DNA of 64,000 bases from assembly GCA_963666835.2 (NCBI GenBank), contig CAXXGO010000006.1:1888001-1952000 (forward strand), in the 5' to 3' direction. How positions within the stretch are numbered: position 1 is the first letter of the stretch; each line of letters starts with the position of its first letter. This document shows positions 39,791 through 49,865 of this stretch, in pieces. The notes below the pieces were generated by a model, which saw only the letters and a list, made by a program, of their open reading frames with translations, searched no databases and was not told the origin of the DNA. The position numbers and the translations under genes are program-made. This DNA comes from Phycisphaerae bacterium. Lineage in GTDB: Bacteria; Planctomycetota; Phycisphaerae; UBA1845.

Positions 39791-42658
39791 GTGGATGCCT
39801 GTCCGAAAATCGGCGAGGTCGAGGCGTTTGTCGCCGGGGAAGTGTCGGCAGAGGACAAGGCGCGCTTCGAGGCCCATCTTGCTTCCTGCTCGCGTTGCCG
39901 TAGTCTCACCAGCGCTATTGAGCAAGATCAAGCGTTAGCCCAGGGCATTCAACAGGCGTACGAGGGGATCGCGGTTTCCACCATGAACACGTCGGCCGAA
40001 CTCGGGTCCGACGAGCGATCCAGCGTCGCCGACTCTATAGAAGGCTACGAGATTCTGCACGAGATCCACCGCGGCGGGCAGGGCGTGGTGTACAAGGCCG
40101 TGCAACTGGCCACGAAACGTACGGTTGCTCTGAAGGTCCTCCTGCAAGGGCCCTACGCCTCCCCGAAACAGCAGCATCGCTTCGAGCGCGAGATTGACCT
40201 TGTCGCCAGCCTCCAGCACCCCAACATTGTTACCGTCTACGACAGCGGTCTGACGCACGGGCACCATTACTTTGCCATGGAGTATATCCACGGGCAGTCG
40301 TTGGACGTTTATCTATCGAACAACAAGCTGAGCATCGATCGGATGCTGCGGCTGTTCCGCAAGATCTGCTCGGCGGTAAACGCCGCGCACCAACGCGGCG
40401 TGATCCACCGTGACCTCAAGCCGGGGAACATCCGCGTTGACGCCGAGGGTGAACCGCACGTCCTCGACTTCGGTCTGGCGAAAGCGGCGGGTTCGAACCT
40501 GCAGGGAGGCGCGCCCGTAACGATGTCCGGTGAGTTTATGGGCACGCTGGCTTATGCGTCGCCGGAGCAGACCAGGGGCGATCCCAACCTGGTCGACATC
40601 CGCACTGATGTATATTCGCTGGGCGTGATCCTCTTCGAAATGCTCACGGGCAAGTTCCCGTACCAGGTCGTCGGCCACTTCGCCGACGTACTCAACAACA
40701 TTGCCGAGGTCGAGCCGGAGAGGCCGTCCACAATCTGCCGCCAGATCAATAACGAGGTCGAGACCATCGTTCTCAAGGCCCTGGCCAAGGAGAAAGAACG
40801 TCGTTATCAGTCGGCCGAGGCTTTGGCTCACGATGTCGGCCGGTACCTGGCCGGCGAAGCGATCGAGGCGAAACGCAACTCGGCATTCTACATGCTAAGA
40901 AAGTCACTACGGCGCTACCGGTTCGTAGCGGGCGTCGCCTTCGCTTTCGTGCTGGTGCTGGCCGTGTCCACGATCGCGCTGTCGATCATGTACCGGAATC
41001 AGAGCGTGGCGCGCGAGGAGGCCGATCGGTCCCGCAGTCTGGCCCATCGGCGCTACGAGGAGATCATCCGCCTGGCGGACCTTAAGCGCCTGGACGATGC
41101 GATAGCTACGGCGCAAGAGCTGTGGCCAGCGTATCCCGACAAGATTCCGGCGATGGAAACGTGGCTCGAGACCCGGGCTGTTCCGTTGCGGGATAACCTG
41201 CCCAAACACGTGGCGACCCTCGAAGCCCTTCGCGATCAGGCCCTGGAGTACGACGCTGTGCAGGAAAGGCGCGATAGACAGACGCATCCGAAAGCTGCAG
41301 AGCTTGCCCGGCAGAAGCGGCGTCTGTTCGAACTTCAGAAAGAACGTGAGGACCTTGCGGCCATAGAAGGTGAAGTTACAGAAGAGGAAGCGAGGAGGAT
41401 CGAGAGAGTCGGCATACACCTGGCCGAGGCAGAGCAGAGTGTCGCGACGCTGACAGAGGAGGTCGAACAGCGCCGCACCTGGCTTCTTCCTGACGAAGGA
41501 GCCCAATGGCAGCACGATCTGCTCGCTGAGCTGGTGGACGGTCTCAGGCGTTTTGTGAGCGATGACCCCGCGGTAGGCACCCTCCGCAATGTGGAAGATC
41601 GGCTGGACTTCGCCAGAGGCGTTACGGATCGGAGTATCACCGGGGCTGAAGCGGCCGCGGCGTGGGACCGAGCCATCACCGACATCGCCCGGCTGGAGGT
41701 CTACCACGGATTGCGGCTTACGCCTCAACTGGGTCTGATCCCGCTACGTCGCGATCCGAGGTCGGGGCTTTGGGAGTTCCTGCACATCCAAACCGGAACG
41801 AGGCCGGAGCCGAATCCCGAGGAGGATGCCGCAAATCCCTGGATTCTGACCGCGGATACCGGGTTGATTTTCGTACTCATTCCCGGCGGGAATTACTGGA
41901 TGGGGGCTCAGAATGAGGATCCCGCGCGGCGCCACTACGACCCTCTGGCGGACCCCGATGAGACCCCGGTCCACGAGGTTGCGCTCGATCCGTTCTTCAT
42001 CTCCAAGTACGAAATGACGCAGAGCCAGTGGGAGCGGTTCACGGGGTATAATCCCAGTTCCCTGGGGCCGGACTGGAATTCAATGGGCAAACCGTCGGGC
42101 GGGGTCATACTTCACCAGAACGAGCCCTGGAGCCCGGTAGAGATGGTCAGTTGGACGGACTGCCGCGACGTTCTTGGGCAACTCGGCCTGGTGTTTCCGA
42201 CGGAAGCGCAGTGGGAGTGCGCCGCCCGAGGGGGCACTGACTCCGCCTGGTGGAGCGGAAACGAGTTAGAGTCCATTAATACCCAGCAAGCGGGCAACCT
42301 TGCGGATAGTCTGACGAAAAGCAGAGGCGGGCCGACTTCATGGCCTTACGAAGAAGCTCTGGAAGACCCCTGCCTCGTTCACTGCCCCGTGGGCAGATTC
42401 CGTCCCAACGGTTACGGGTTGCACGACACGATCGGCAACGTGAAGGAGTGGTGCCGCGACGCTTACCAGTCCTATGAGAAAGACGGGCGGCCCGGGGACG
42501 GCCTTCGCGAACTCGGAGACAACCCCTCCCGCGTGAACCGGGGCGGCAGCTACACCTACAACGCCCGAGTCGCCCGATCCGCCAACCGCAACTGCGCACC
42601 ATCGGGATACGTCAACGACTCCGTCGGCGTGCGCCCGGCCAGGATCATCACTGATTGA
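39791..42658 (+). CDS. Ser/Thr protein kinase with N-terminal zf-HC2, TM segment and C-terminal FGE-sulfatase domain
   Basis: HLASCSRC; GGQGVVY, VALK, HRDLKPGN, DFGLA, YASPE, DVYSLG; FPTEAQWE, NGYGLHD, RVNRGGS. Confidence 0.92.
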   Translation: MDACPKIGEVEAFVAGEVSAEDKARFEAHLASCSRCRSLTSAIEQDQALAQGIQQAYEGIAVSTMNTSAELGSDERSSVADSIEGYEILHEIHRGGQGVVYKAVQLATKRTVALKVLLQGPYASPKQQHRFEREIDLVASLQHPNIVTVYDSGLTHGHHYFAMEYIHGQSLDVYLSNNKLSIDRMLRLFRKICSAVNAAHQRGVIHRDLKPGNIRVDAEGEPHVLDFGLAKAAGSNLQGGAPVTMSGEFMGTLAYASPEQTRGDPNLVDIRTDVYSLGVILFEMLTGKFPYQVVGHFADVLNNIAEVEPERPSTICRQINNEVETIVLKALAKEKERRYQSAEALAHDVGRYLAGEAIEAKRNSAFYMLRKSLRRYRFVAGVAFAFVLVLAVSTIALSIMYRNQSVAREEADRSRSLAHRRYEEIIRLADLKRLDDAIATAQELWPAYPDKIPAMETWLETRAVPLRDNLPKHVATLEALRDQALEYDAVQERRDRQTHPKAAELARQKRRLFELQKEREDLAAIEGEVTEEEARRIERVGIHLAEAEQSVATLTEEVEQRRTWLLPDEGAQWQHDLLAELVDGLRRFVSDDPAVGTLRNVEDRLDFARGVTDRSITGAEAAAAWDRAITDIARLEVYHGLRLTPQLGLIPLRRDPRSGLWEFLHIQTGTRPEPNPEEDAANPWILTADTGLIFVLIPGGNYWMGAQNEDPARRHYDPLADPDETPVHEVALDPFFISKYEMTQSQWERFTGYNPSSLGPDWNSMGKPSGGVILHQNEPWSPVEMVSWTDCRDVLGQLGLVFPTEAQWECAARGGTDSAWWSGNELESINTQQAGNLADSLTKSRGGPTSWPYEEALEDPCLVHCPVGRFRPNGYGLHDTIGNVKEWCRDAYQSYEKDGRPGDGLRELGDNPSRVNRGGSYTYNARVARSANRNCAPSGYVNDSVGVRPARIITD

Positions 42659-42674
42659 TTCATGATCCGTAAAC

Positions 42675-42780
42675 CGTCCCGAAGGGGACAAAGGCAAGTA
42701 GCCACGGGTGGAGCGAAGCGGAACCCGTGGGTGCGGTCTGCCCCCACGTGCTCCCGTCCCGAAGGGCCGGCGGAAGGTCG
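42675..42780. repeat. Palindromic repeat element
   Basis: GTCCCGAAGGGGAC, GTAGCCACGGGTGGAGCG...ACCCGTGG, CCCGTCCCGAAGGGCCGGCGGA; parts recur near 15635, 21445 and 44788. Confidence 0.75.
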
Positions 42781-43396
42781 GCAAGATCACGCGACGGTCT
42801 CGACGGCCACAGTTAACGGACGGTAATCGACCGCTATGGGGTCTCCCCACTACAACGCAAGATCGTCGGGGTAGGTTCCTCTCGCAACCTCGTCATCACC
42901 CTGCGTTCGGCACCATGCAACACCAACCCCGCATCGCCTGGACCCGACTATAAACCAAACACGATGGTTAACGGCAGTCAGGAATGAACGGGAGCTTGAC
43001 CCGCGAGCCGATAACAGAATGTTGACCAGGAACATGCATGTCCTATAAGAGCCTTGAATCCCTTTAGTTTGTGCTACACCCCCGGCACCGGCGCTGTTCC
43101 TATCGCGGCCGTACGTTACCACGGTCCGCCCGGCAAGTTATGAAGGCGAGGCCGGTGAATAATCCGGGCTCGGCGGTTTCGCCGGTCTTGTGCGATATCC
43201 GTTCCACGGTTAACATGTGCTGGGGATCTGCCAGGGGAAGTTGCTGACAAGCCTGAACGCCACAGCATCCGGCACGCGATTCCATAGACAACCAGGGACA
43301 CAGGCGATTGTGCGGCGGCCGGGTAAGCGTTGTCTGCGCTGAAGATGATGCTTGCCTGCAGGCGGGCTGCCCACAGGTTTAGGGAAGAGGAGATCA

Positions 43397-44617
43397 ATGA
43401 TGAGTCTGGAGTCGGGAACCGGTTCGTTTGGCATGCTTCGCGCGTTTGTTTGGTCGGCCTTTGTGCTGGCCCTCGTCTCTGCGAATGTGTACGCCGAGCA
43501 GGTCGGATCTGCGTTTACGTACCAAGGACAGCTCAAAGATTCCGGGGCACCGGCCGACGGCCAGTATGACCTTCGATTCTCCTTGTACGACGGGGGCGGT
43601 ACTCTGGTGGCCGGTCCCATCGATAGAGACGATGTACTTGTGGTCAATGGGCTCTTTGCGGTTGTCCTGGATTTCGGCTCCGGCGTATTCGATGGTGATG
43701 CTCGTTTTCTTCAGATCAGCGTTCGCCGCGGAGATGATGAAGGTTCTTTCTCGGCGTTAACGCCGCGGCAGGAGTTGACTCCGACGCCTTACGCCGCCAC
43801 CGCCGGCAAAACCGTAGGCGTGGACGGCCATTCGCTCGATTCGGAAGACGGGACGATTGAGGATGCGGTTCGTGTCGCGTCGTCCGGTAGGGTTCACATG
43901 ACCTCCGGCGGTCTGTCTTTATACGACACGGCCGAGCACGGTGTCAGCTTCACGACGTCCGGCTTCTCTATTAATGCGTTCCCCAGCGAAGACCCCGCGT
44001 ACCGATACGAGGCCAAGAACGACAGGCATCGGTTCTTCACTGGTGGGGGGAGTACGAGAATGGAGATCAATTCCAGCGGCAACGTTGGCATCGGAACGGC
44101 GCCGACCTCCGCGACCTTGACCGTCGATGGGGATGCGGACATTCTGGGCACGGTCGAGGCCGCCGATTTTGCCTATGGTGATTCCCAGCAGCGAACCCTC
44201 ACGGTGCTGGGCACGGCGTTCCAGCCCAGCAAATCGGGAATCGAGTACGACACTGGGTGGGGCATTTGGGCGGAGCCTACCGAGCAGGATGCGTTCTTCC
44301 GTGTACAGGTACATCTTCCTGATCGGGCCGTTGTGACGGGCATGTCCGCCAGAGTGCTGGACAATTCTGTGAACCAGAATCTCCGTGTCGTGTTGTGTTT
44401 CCTCTCCCTGTCAAACGTCGGAATCGGCACGATGACAGGCGTTGAGTCGCAGGGCGCGTCGACGGACAAGGTCCTGTTGACGGCCACGGAGATCAACAAC
44501 GCCGTGATTTACAATTCTTCGAGGGGGTACTATCTTCTCTTCGGCTCAGACGACTGGGAGTCCCGCATGCAGTTGTACTATGTGACGATAAACTACCGGG
44601 TCGATGCTCCGGACTAA
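43397..44617 (+). CDS. Exported protein with the same N-terminal AFTYQGQL domain as 973-4107 and a different C-terminus
   Basis: GAGGAG SD; signal peptide; AFTYQGQLKDSG...GLFAVVLDFGSGVFDG...LTPRQELTPTPYA; GNVGIGT. Confidence 0.8.
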   Translation: MMSLESGTGSFGMLRAFVWSAFVLALVSANVYAEQVGSAFTYQGQLKDSGAPADGQYDLRFSLYDGGGTLVAGPIDRDDVLVVNGLFAVVLDFGSGVFDGDARFLQISVRRGDDEGSFSALTPRQELTPTPYAATAGKTVGVDGHSLDSEDGTIEDAVRVASSGRVHMTSGGLSLYDTAEHGVSFTTSGFSINAFPSEDPAYRYEAKNDRHRFFTGGGSTRMEINSSGNVGIGTAPTSATLTVDGDADILGTVEAADFAYGDSQQRTLTVLGTAFQPSKSGIEYDTGWGIWAEPTEQDAFFRVQVHLPDRAVVTGMSARVLDNSVNQNLRVVLCFLSLSNVGIGTMTGVESQGASTDKVLLTATEINNAVIYNSSRGYYLLFGSDDWESRMQLYYVTINYRVDAPD

Positions 44618-44783
44618 ACGCAAACCGAAGAATGACACAGACCGGGTTGCTTCGGTGGCCCGGATCATTCATGATGTTCGCGAAAACGCGCGTAACGCGA
44701 TGTAGCGTCACCCCTTGTGGGTGACGCCATTGAAGCACAGCGCACTTTCACGCCCGGGAGCAACCCGTTCTGTTAGGGACGCA

Positions 44784-45481
44784 GGCATGTAGCCACGGGT
44801 GGAGCGGAGATCACGCCGTGATTCGCAAGATCATCAGGATGCTGCCCGCGTTGTCCTAGACGTCTTTGCCGTACAAACCGAGCGGATTCGTCCGACTCGG
44901 TGGCGGCTCGTTCCACAGCCTGAGAGACTGCAAGTCGGCTCCTTCCTTGAACTCAAAGGCTGCATGCGGGTTCCTTCTTCAGGCTGAAAGCCTGCAAGAT
45001 AATAGCCGGGGGCAAGGCCGCGGAGCGGCCGCCGCCCCCGGGGTAAGGTCCCAACAAACCAAACCACCCCGCCAGGGGTGGAAGAGACGGCGTCGATGAA
45101 CCGCGCTTCTGTCTTGGCCGCCCGACCTATTTCAGAATGCATCAAGAGGCATAGCCGCAGGGGTCTTGTTCCACGCGAATCTGGTATATGTCAAGTTCGT
45201 GGCAAGACCGTCCGGGACAGGGTTGCCACAACAAGGGTAAGCCGATGACGATACCAACCCGCAATAGATGGCAAGTCTCGTTCCTCGACCATGCCCTACG
45301 GGGGACGACAGTCGAATGGCATACGATAACGACGATTCTGCATTGCGCAACAACGGTGCCACATTTTCGGGGGCCGTTTGACCCTTGCAGGGTCAGCCTG
45401 CTTGCGGGGAACAGGTCCCGGGGGCGGCGTCCGCCGATGGCGGACTTGCCCCCGGCTATTCCATCTAAGCCCTTCGGGCTG
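44784..45481. repeat. Cluster of palindromic/REP-like repeats
   Basis: About 320-bp inverted homologue of 21180-21462; family A copy at 45270-45299; CCCGGGGGCGGC...GCCCCCGGCTAT and AGCCCTTCGGGCT units. Confidence 0.82.
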
Positions 45482-45720
45482 GGAAAAACAGCTCTTAGGT
45501 CGCAGTCCGTGAATGCGATAATCCGTTCCGTTAGGAACGCAGTCCGTACTCGCCACATCTTCGTATCGATGGGCTGACAAGAGCGAGATTCTCGCTAGAA
45601 TGCCGCGTTGGCTGCGGCTACGTCACAACCGGGTCTTCCGGTGTGCCACTGCTCTTGAGCAAGGACGGGACACGGCGTGGCTCGAACCCGAGCATTCACG
45701 TATGACGAAGCACCTTTGGC

Positions 45721-47589
45721 GTGCATGGCGCATCACATGTTTCAAAGGAGATACTCGTGTTATCAATCTTGCAGCGGAACCTGTTGATTGCCGGCGTCGT
45801 GGTTTGTTCTTGTCTGAGTGGTGCCCTGGCCCAGGATGGCCCGGCCGGCGAGGTCGCCTCTGCCGCTGCTACACATATGACGGCCGAGCAGCGCGCCGCG
45901 TGGCGAAGCTCGATAGCGGGCGACGGCGTTGCGGCGTTTTCGGCAGTTGTGCCGAGCGAACTCAAGCTGCGACTAATGCCCTTGCCCGCGGCCGAGCTGG
46001 CAGTGCGCAGTGATGAAGCTCTGGCAGGCCTGCGGACGGTGGCCGAGCAGTTGGCAGAGGCGCTGATCGATCAGATGCGGACCGAGACCGCCGATTCTCC
46101 CGACCCTGACGACGTCGCGCGAATCGTCGAGCGCATCGAATCGCTGCGTGAATTCCGTTCTGATCTGGTGACTCGCTGCAACATCGTCCTCTCTGCATTG
46201 GAGAGCGCCGGAGGTGATGTGGCTGCCCAGCGTGCGTACGTTTCTACGATAGAACAAATCGAGCCCGCGGCCACCACTCGAAACCACTCGGAGAAAGCCC
46301 TGACCGATGAAGAGCTGGCGGCGAAGGAGTTGGAAGAGCGCGTTTCTGCTGCGGTCGCGCGGGTGCGCGAGATGCCCCCGGTCCACGAACGCCCGGAGCC
46401 CTGGAAGGTCCCCGTGAACGAGTTGGAGCTGGAACTTCAGCCTTTGCGAAAGGACCAGATTGAGGAGCGGGTGCAGAAGTGGATCGAGATTCTGCAGCGA
46501 AACGTCCGCCAGCGTATTCGCATCGACATCGCGGTAGCCGAAGCAAAGGACGACGCAGAGCGGCAAGCCCTGGCAGATCGTTCGACTGAGCAGCAGGAGA
46601 TTGTCAACGCAATCGTCGAGCGCGTGCGCGTGAGCATCTATCTACTTCGTATGCGCGGGGGCTCGGTGCGCGAGTACCAAGACTATGTGGCGGCCGCCAC
46701 CGGCATGAAGCTCAATCTCACCGACCCGAATGTCCTGATCGCCCAGGTCAAGGCGTGGCTGCGCAGCCCGAGCGGAGGGATGAAGATCGGCGTGAACTTG
46801 CTCAAGTTCGTCGGCGTCCTTATCGCCTTCTGGATCGTGAGCCGGGTGGTTGGTGCGATTGTATCCGCGGCCGTGCGCCGTGTTCCGAAGACTTCGACTC
46901 TGCTGCATTCGTTCTTGTCGGGCATGACGCGCAAGGTGATTATGGTCGTTGGTATTGTCGTCGGGCTTAGTGTGTTGGAGATCAACATCAGTCCGCTCGT
47001 AGCCGCTCTCGCCGGCGCCGGCTTGGTGATAGGCTTGGCCCTTCAGGGTACGCTGAGCAACTTCGCCAGCGGAATCCTGATTCTCATTACCAGGCCTTAC
47101 GACGTTGGCGACGTAGTTTCCGCAGGAGGCGTTCTCGGCAAGGTTGACGCCATGAACCTGGTGTCGACGCGTATCTTGACTTTCGACAACCAGGTCATGC
47201 TCGTGCCCAACAATCAGGCTTGGAACGGCGTGATTACGAATGTGACGGCTCTCCCGACTCGTCGCGTGGATCTTGTCTTCGGCATCGGCTACGGCGACGA
47301 CATGGCCCACGCCAAGAAGGTCATCGGCGAGGTGGTCAGCGGGCACGACCGCGTGCTCAGCGAGCCCGCCCCGGTCATCAAAGTCAGCGAGTTGGGCGAT
47401 AGCTCCGTCAACCTCATCGTCAGGCCGTGGGTGAAGACGGCTGACTACTGGGATGTCTATTGGGATCTAACCCAGCAGATCAAGGAGCGGTTCGACCAGG
47501 AAGGCATCAGCATTCCGTTCCCGCAGCGAGACCTCCATTGGGATAGCCCGGTGGAAGTCGTGGTCAACTCCGACGGACCAAGCCGCTGA
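45721..47589 (+). CDS. MscS-family mechanosensitive channel with large periplasmic N-terminal extension (start uncertain)
   Basis: GLVIGLALQGTLSNFASG...RPYDVGD...VPN...RRVDLVFGIGY...IPFPQRD. Confidence 0.92.
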   Translation: MHGASHVSKEILVLSILQRNLLIAGVVVCSCLSGALAQDGPAGEVASAAATHMTAEQRAAWRSSIAGDGVAAFSAVVPSELKLRLMPLPAAELAVRSDEALAGLRTVAEQLAEALIDQMRTETADSPDPDDVARIVERIESLREFRSDLVTRCNIVLSALESAGGDVAAQRAYVSTIEQIEPAATTRNHSEKALTDEELAAKELEERVSAAVARVREMPPVHERPEPWKVPVNELELELQPLRKDQIEERVQKWIEILQRNVRQRIRIDIAVAEAKDDAERQALADRSTEQQEIVNAIVERVRVSIYLLRMRGGSVREYQDYVAAATGMKLNLTDPNVLIAQVKAWLRSPSGGMKIGVNLLKFVGVLIAFWIVSRVVGAIVSAAVRRVPKTSTLLHSFLSGMTRKVIMVVGIVVGLSVLEINISPLVAALAGAGLVIGLALQGTLSNFASGILILITRPYDVGDVVSAGGVLGKVDAMNLVSTRILTFDNQVMLVPNNQAWNGVITNVTALPTRRVDLVFGIGYGDDMAHAKKVIGEVVSGHDRVLSEPAPVIKVSELGDSSVNLIVRPWVKTADYWDVYWDLTQQIKERFDQEGISIPFPQRDLHWDSPVEVVVNSDGPSR

Positions 47590-47744
47590 CAGTGGGGATG
47601 ATCCATGCGTGGCACTTGTGCGAGTTTACCGACATCCGCATTTGCTTGCGACACTGACAGGACACAAAGGCGGAACGCAGTCGTTTCTTGCCGATAAGAG
47701 GCGGACATTCTCTTGATGGTTGCCGCCGTGCGCCGATTCTGATG

Positions 47745-48308
47745 TCAACGCACCAGCACGAGGAGGACCACTACAGCGAGCAGAGCCGCCAGCACACCGC
47801 TTGCCGTGGCATGGTCTACCTTCCCTTGCGCGATCCCGATTCCAAAGTGCTTCCCCAAGCCGTTCCACAGATATAGTCCGGCAGGGACCGTGACGATGCC
47901 GAAAGCGATCAAGACCCATTGCGGCGAGCCATAGCGCATCAGGTCGCCGGCGTCCCCAGCCCGGATGAACGAACCCGCGCCGATATACGCCCCGTTGGCT
48001 ATCAGGCAGAAGCCCACGAAGAACCGAACGACATACCGGAAGCGAGCCTTGAAAACCCTAGCTCCCCCGAGCGCCGCCGGCGGAAGCAGGCTCCCCCATA
48101 CAGGTCCACCCCAGGCCACAAACAACGGGCTCGGATTGTCCGCCAGGTCGGTTCTGGAAAAGCCGAACAGCGGAATCGTCACCTCGGTGACCACCCCGTC
48201 TGACAACCAAGCGTGCAGGACATGCCCAAGCTCGTGCATGGCCATCATGGACAGCCAAGAGAGATAGACGGTCGAAGGAGCGAACACGAGCTGGATGACG
48301 CGCCTCAT
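47745..48308 (-). CDS. M50-like membrane metallopeptidase
   Basis: Start MRRVIQ; MHELGH, VAWGGP, GDAGD motifs in TM context. Confidence 0.75.
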   Translation of the reverse strand: MRRVIQLVFAPSTVYLSWLSMMAMHELGHVLHAWLSDGVVTEVTIPLFGFSRTDLADNPSPLFVAWGGPVWGSLLPPAALGGARVFKARFRYVVRFFVGFCLIANGAYIGAGSFIRAGDAGDLMRYGSPQWVLIAFGIVTVPAGLYLWNGLGKHFGIGIAQGKVDHATASGVLAALLAVVVLLVLVR

Positions 48309-48820
48309 TGGCTTCTCTGTCCGTACGGCGGCGGCGCCCCCCCGTGTTTCAGTTTGGTCTGCCGGTCGGCTGCCGTGCCGCATTCGGGGCATACGCCGGA
48401 TACATTGCCCTCCAGATTGTAACCGCATCGGACGCACAGGCCCTTCTCGCGCCGATGCCTTCGCCGTAGCGGACCACGGCAGAAGGCCACAATAGGGTAG
48501 GCGGCGAGAAGAGCAAGCAGGCCCCACAGCGGAAACAGCAGGCCCGAATGGAGGAACCCTCGCTGGTCGTAGGAATACGCGCCAAGACCGCACCAACTCA
48601 GCAAGGGGCCGCGGCCAACGAATAACGCCTGTTGCTTCGGTTCAGCGCGATAGTGAGTGACAAAGCAGTGCGCGTGCCCGGTGCGGATGTCATAAGTGAA
48701 CGACCACGTGTCGCTGAACTCCCAGAACCCTTCTACGGTCGTGAAGTGGCTGGCTAACCATATCCCGCAGGTTCCGACGGAAGCGACCGTCAGCCCGATG
48801 ATGACCGCCCTGTGGAACAT
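48305..48820 (-). CDS. Membrane protein with C-terminal CxxCGYxLxG...CPECG Zn ribbon
   Basis: Start MFHRAV; two TM segments; CVRCGYNLEGNVSGVCPECG; ATGA overlap with the next gene. Confidence 0.75.
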   Translation of the reverse strand: MFHRAVIIGLTVASVGTCGIWLASHFTTVEGFWEFSDTWSFTYDIRTGHAHCFVTHYRAEPKQQALFVGRGPLLSWCGLGAYSYDQRGFLHSGLLFPLWGLLALLAAYPIVAFCRGPLRRRHRREKGLCVRCGYNLEGNVSGVCPECGTAADRQTKLKHGGAPPPYGQRSQ

Positions 48821-49130
48821 GTTGCTTGCTCGCACCCGCGTCTCGCAGGAGAATCGTCCATGGCGGCTCTGCTGGAACGGTTTTGCAGGCGACCCTGGGA
48901 GGCCTCTGCTCTGCCGGTATGTCCGCACTCGGAGAATACGAACCGTTCCATACACCACCTGATCATAGGGGCCCGTATGCGGTCCCGATGCCAACGGCCG
49001 CCTGACGGACCACAGGACGTTTCCGGTGCCATCCGGCTTGATGATTGGAGGAGACGTCCAGCCGGTAATATACTGGTCAGATTGACCGCTCGGGCGCCCA
49101 GCCCGGTCGCGACCGCCGGTCAGCGCAACG

Positions 49131-49165
49131 AAAAACCGCCATAAGCTCAGCACTCATAGCGGTTT
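49131..49165 (-). terminator. Intrinsic terminator after tRNA-Phe
   Basis: Minus strand AAACCGCTATGAG...CTTATGGCGGTTTTT. Confidence 0.7.
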
Positions 49166-49171
49166 ACGAAC

Positions 49172-49244
<73 letters not shown>

Positions 49245-49414
49245 AAGCTCCCTTTCCGGTAAAGGGCGAACTCTGGTGCCCGGATCCATCGCGGCCTGCC
49301 GGATAATCCGGGATTAACCCGCACAGGACAATCGCTCATCGTCCAGACACCACGCGGGAGTTTAGCGCGAGCCGGCGCGGCGGTCAAGACGTCCGTTGAA
49401 CAACCTGCCGCCCC

Positions 49415-49690
49415 GTAGCGTCGGGTTCCAGCATGCCCTGCGGCAGCCTCGTGGCGTAAGCCTTTCGCCTGCCGTCCGGCGCCTCGTCGTGTAGGTCCCC
49501 AGCCTGCCCGGCGACGCTCTCCGGAACCGGCGGGGGGCGTTACCCATCCGCCCTGTATCGCGGCTTTGCGTCTGGCTTACGATACCCCGTAGCGCGGGCA
49601 TCCGGCCTGCGCGGCGAGCGGGGGACCGACGATGCAGACGACCGTGCGGACAGGATGCCTGTGCCACGTAGCGCAGGCTTCCAGCCTGCC
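49415..49690 (+). repeat. Cluster of GTAG-initiated REP-like hairpins
   Basis: GTAG hairpins at 49415, 49589 and 49668; the last matches 20764 (GTAGCGCAGGCTTCCAGCCTGCC). Confidence 0.7.
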
Positions 49691-49865
49691 TTCTGGTGGA
49701 GAGAGAGCGGCGGAAGCCCTCACCGCGTGGTTCGCCGGGCGTGATGGCGTTTGATCATGCCGCGCGGACGTTTGCAGAGACGCCGGGGCGCGAGATTTGC
49801 AGACAGAAGCCCCCGTATTCGACGGACGTCGACGGAAGATCCGCACGGGCCAAGGCCCACATAGC

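Noticed and set aside
42850..43396. ncRNA or small genes upstream of the 43397 gene
   Set aside because: Only a weak TTGACC-16-TATAAG promoter-like match; no convincing structure or ORF
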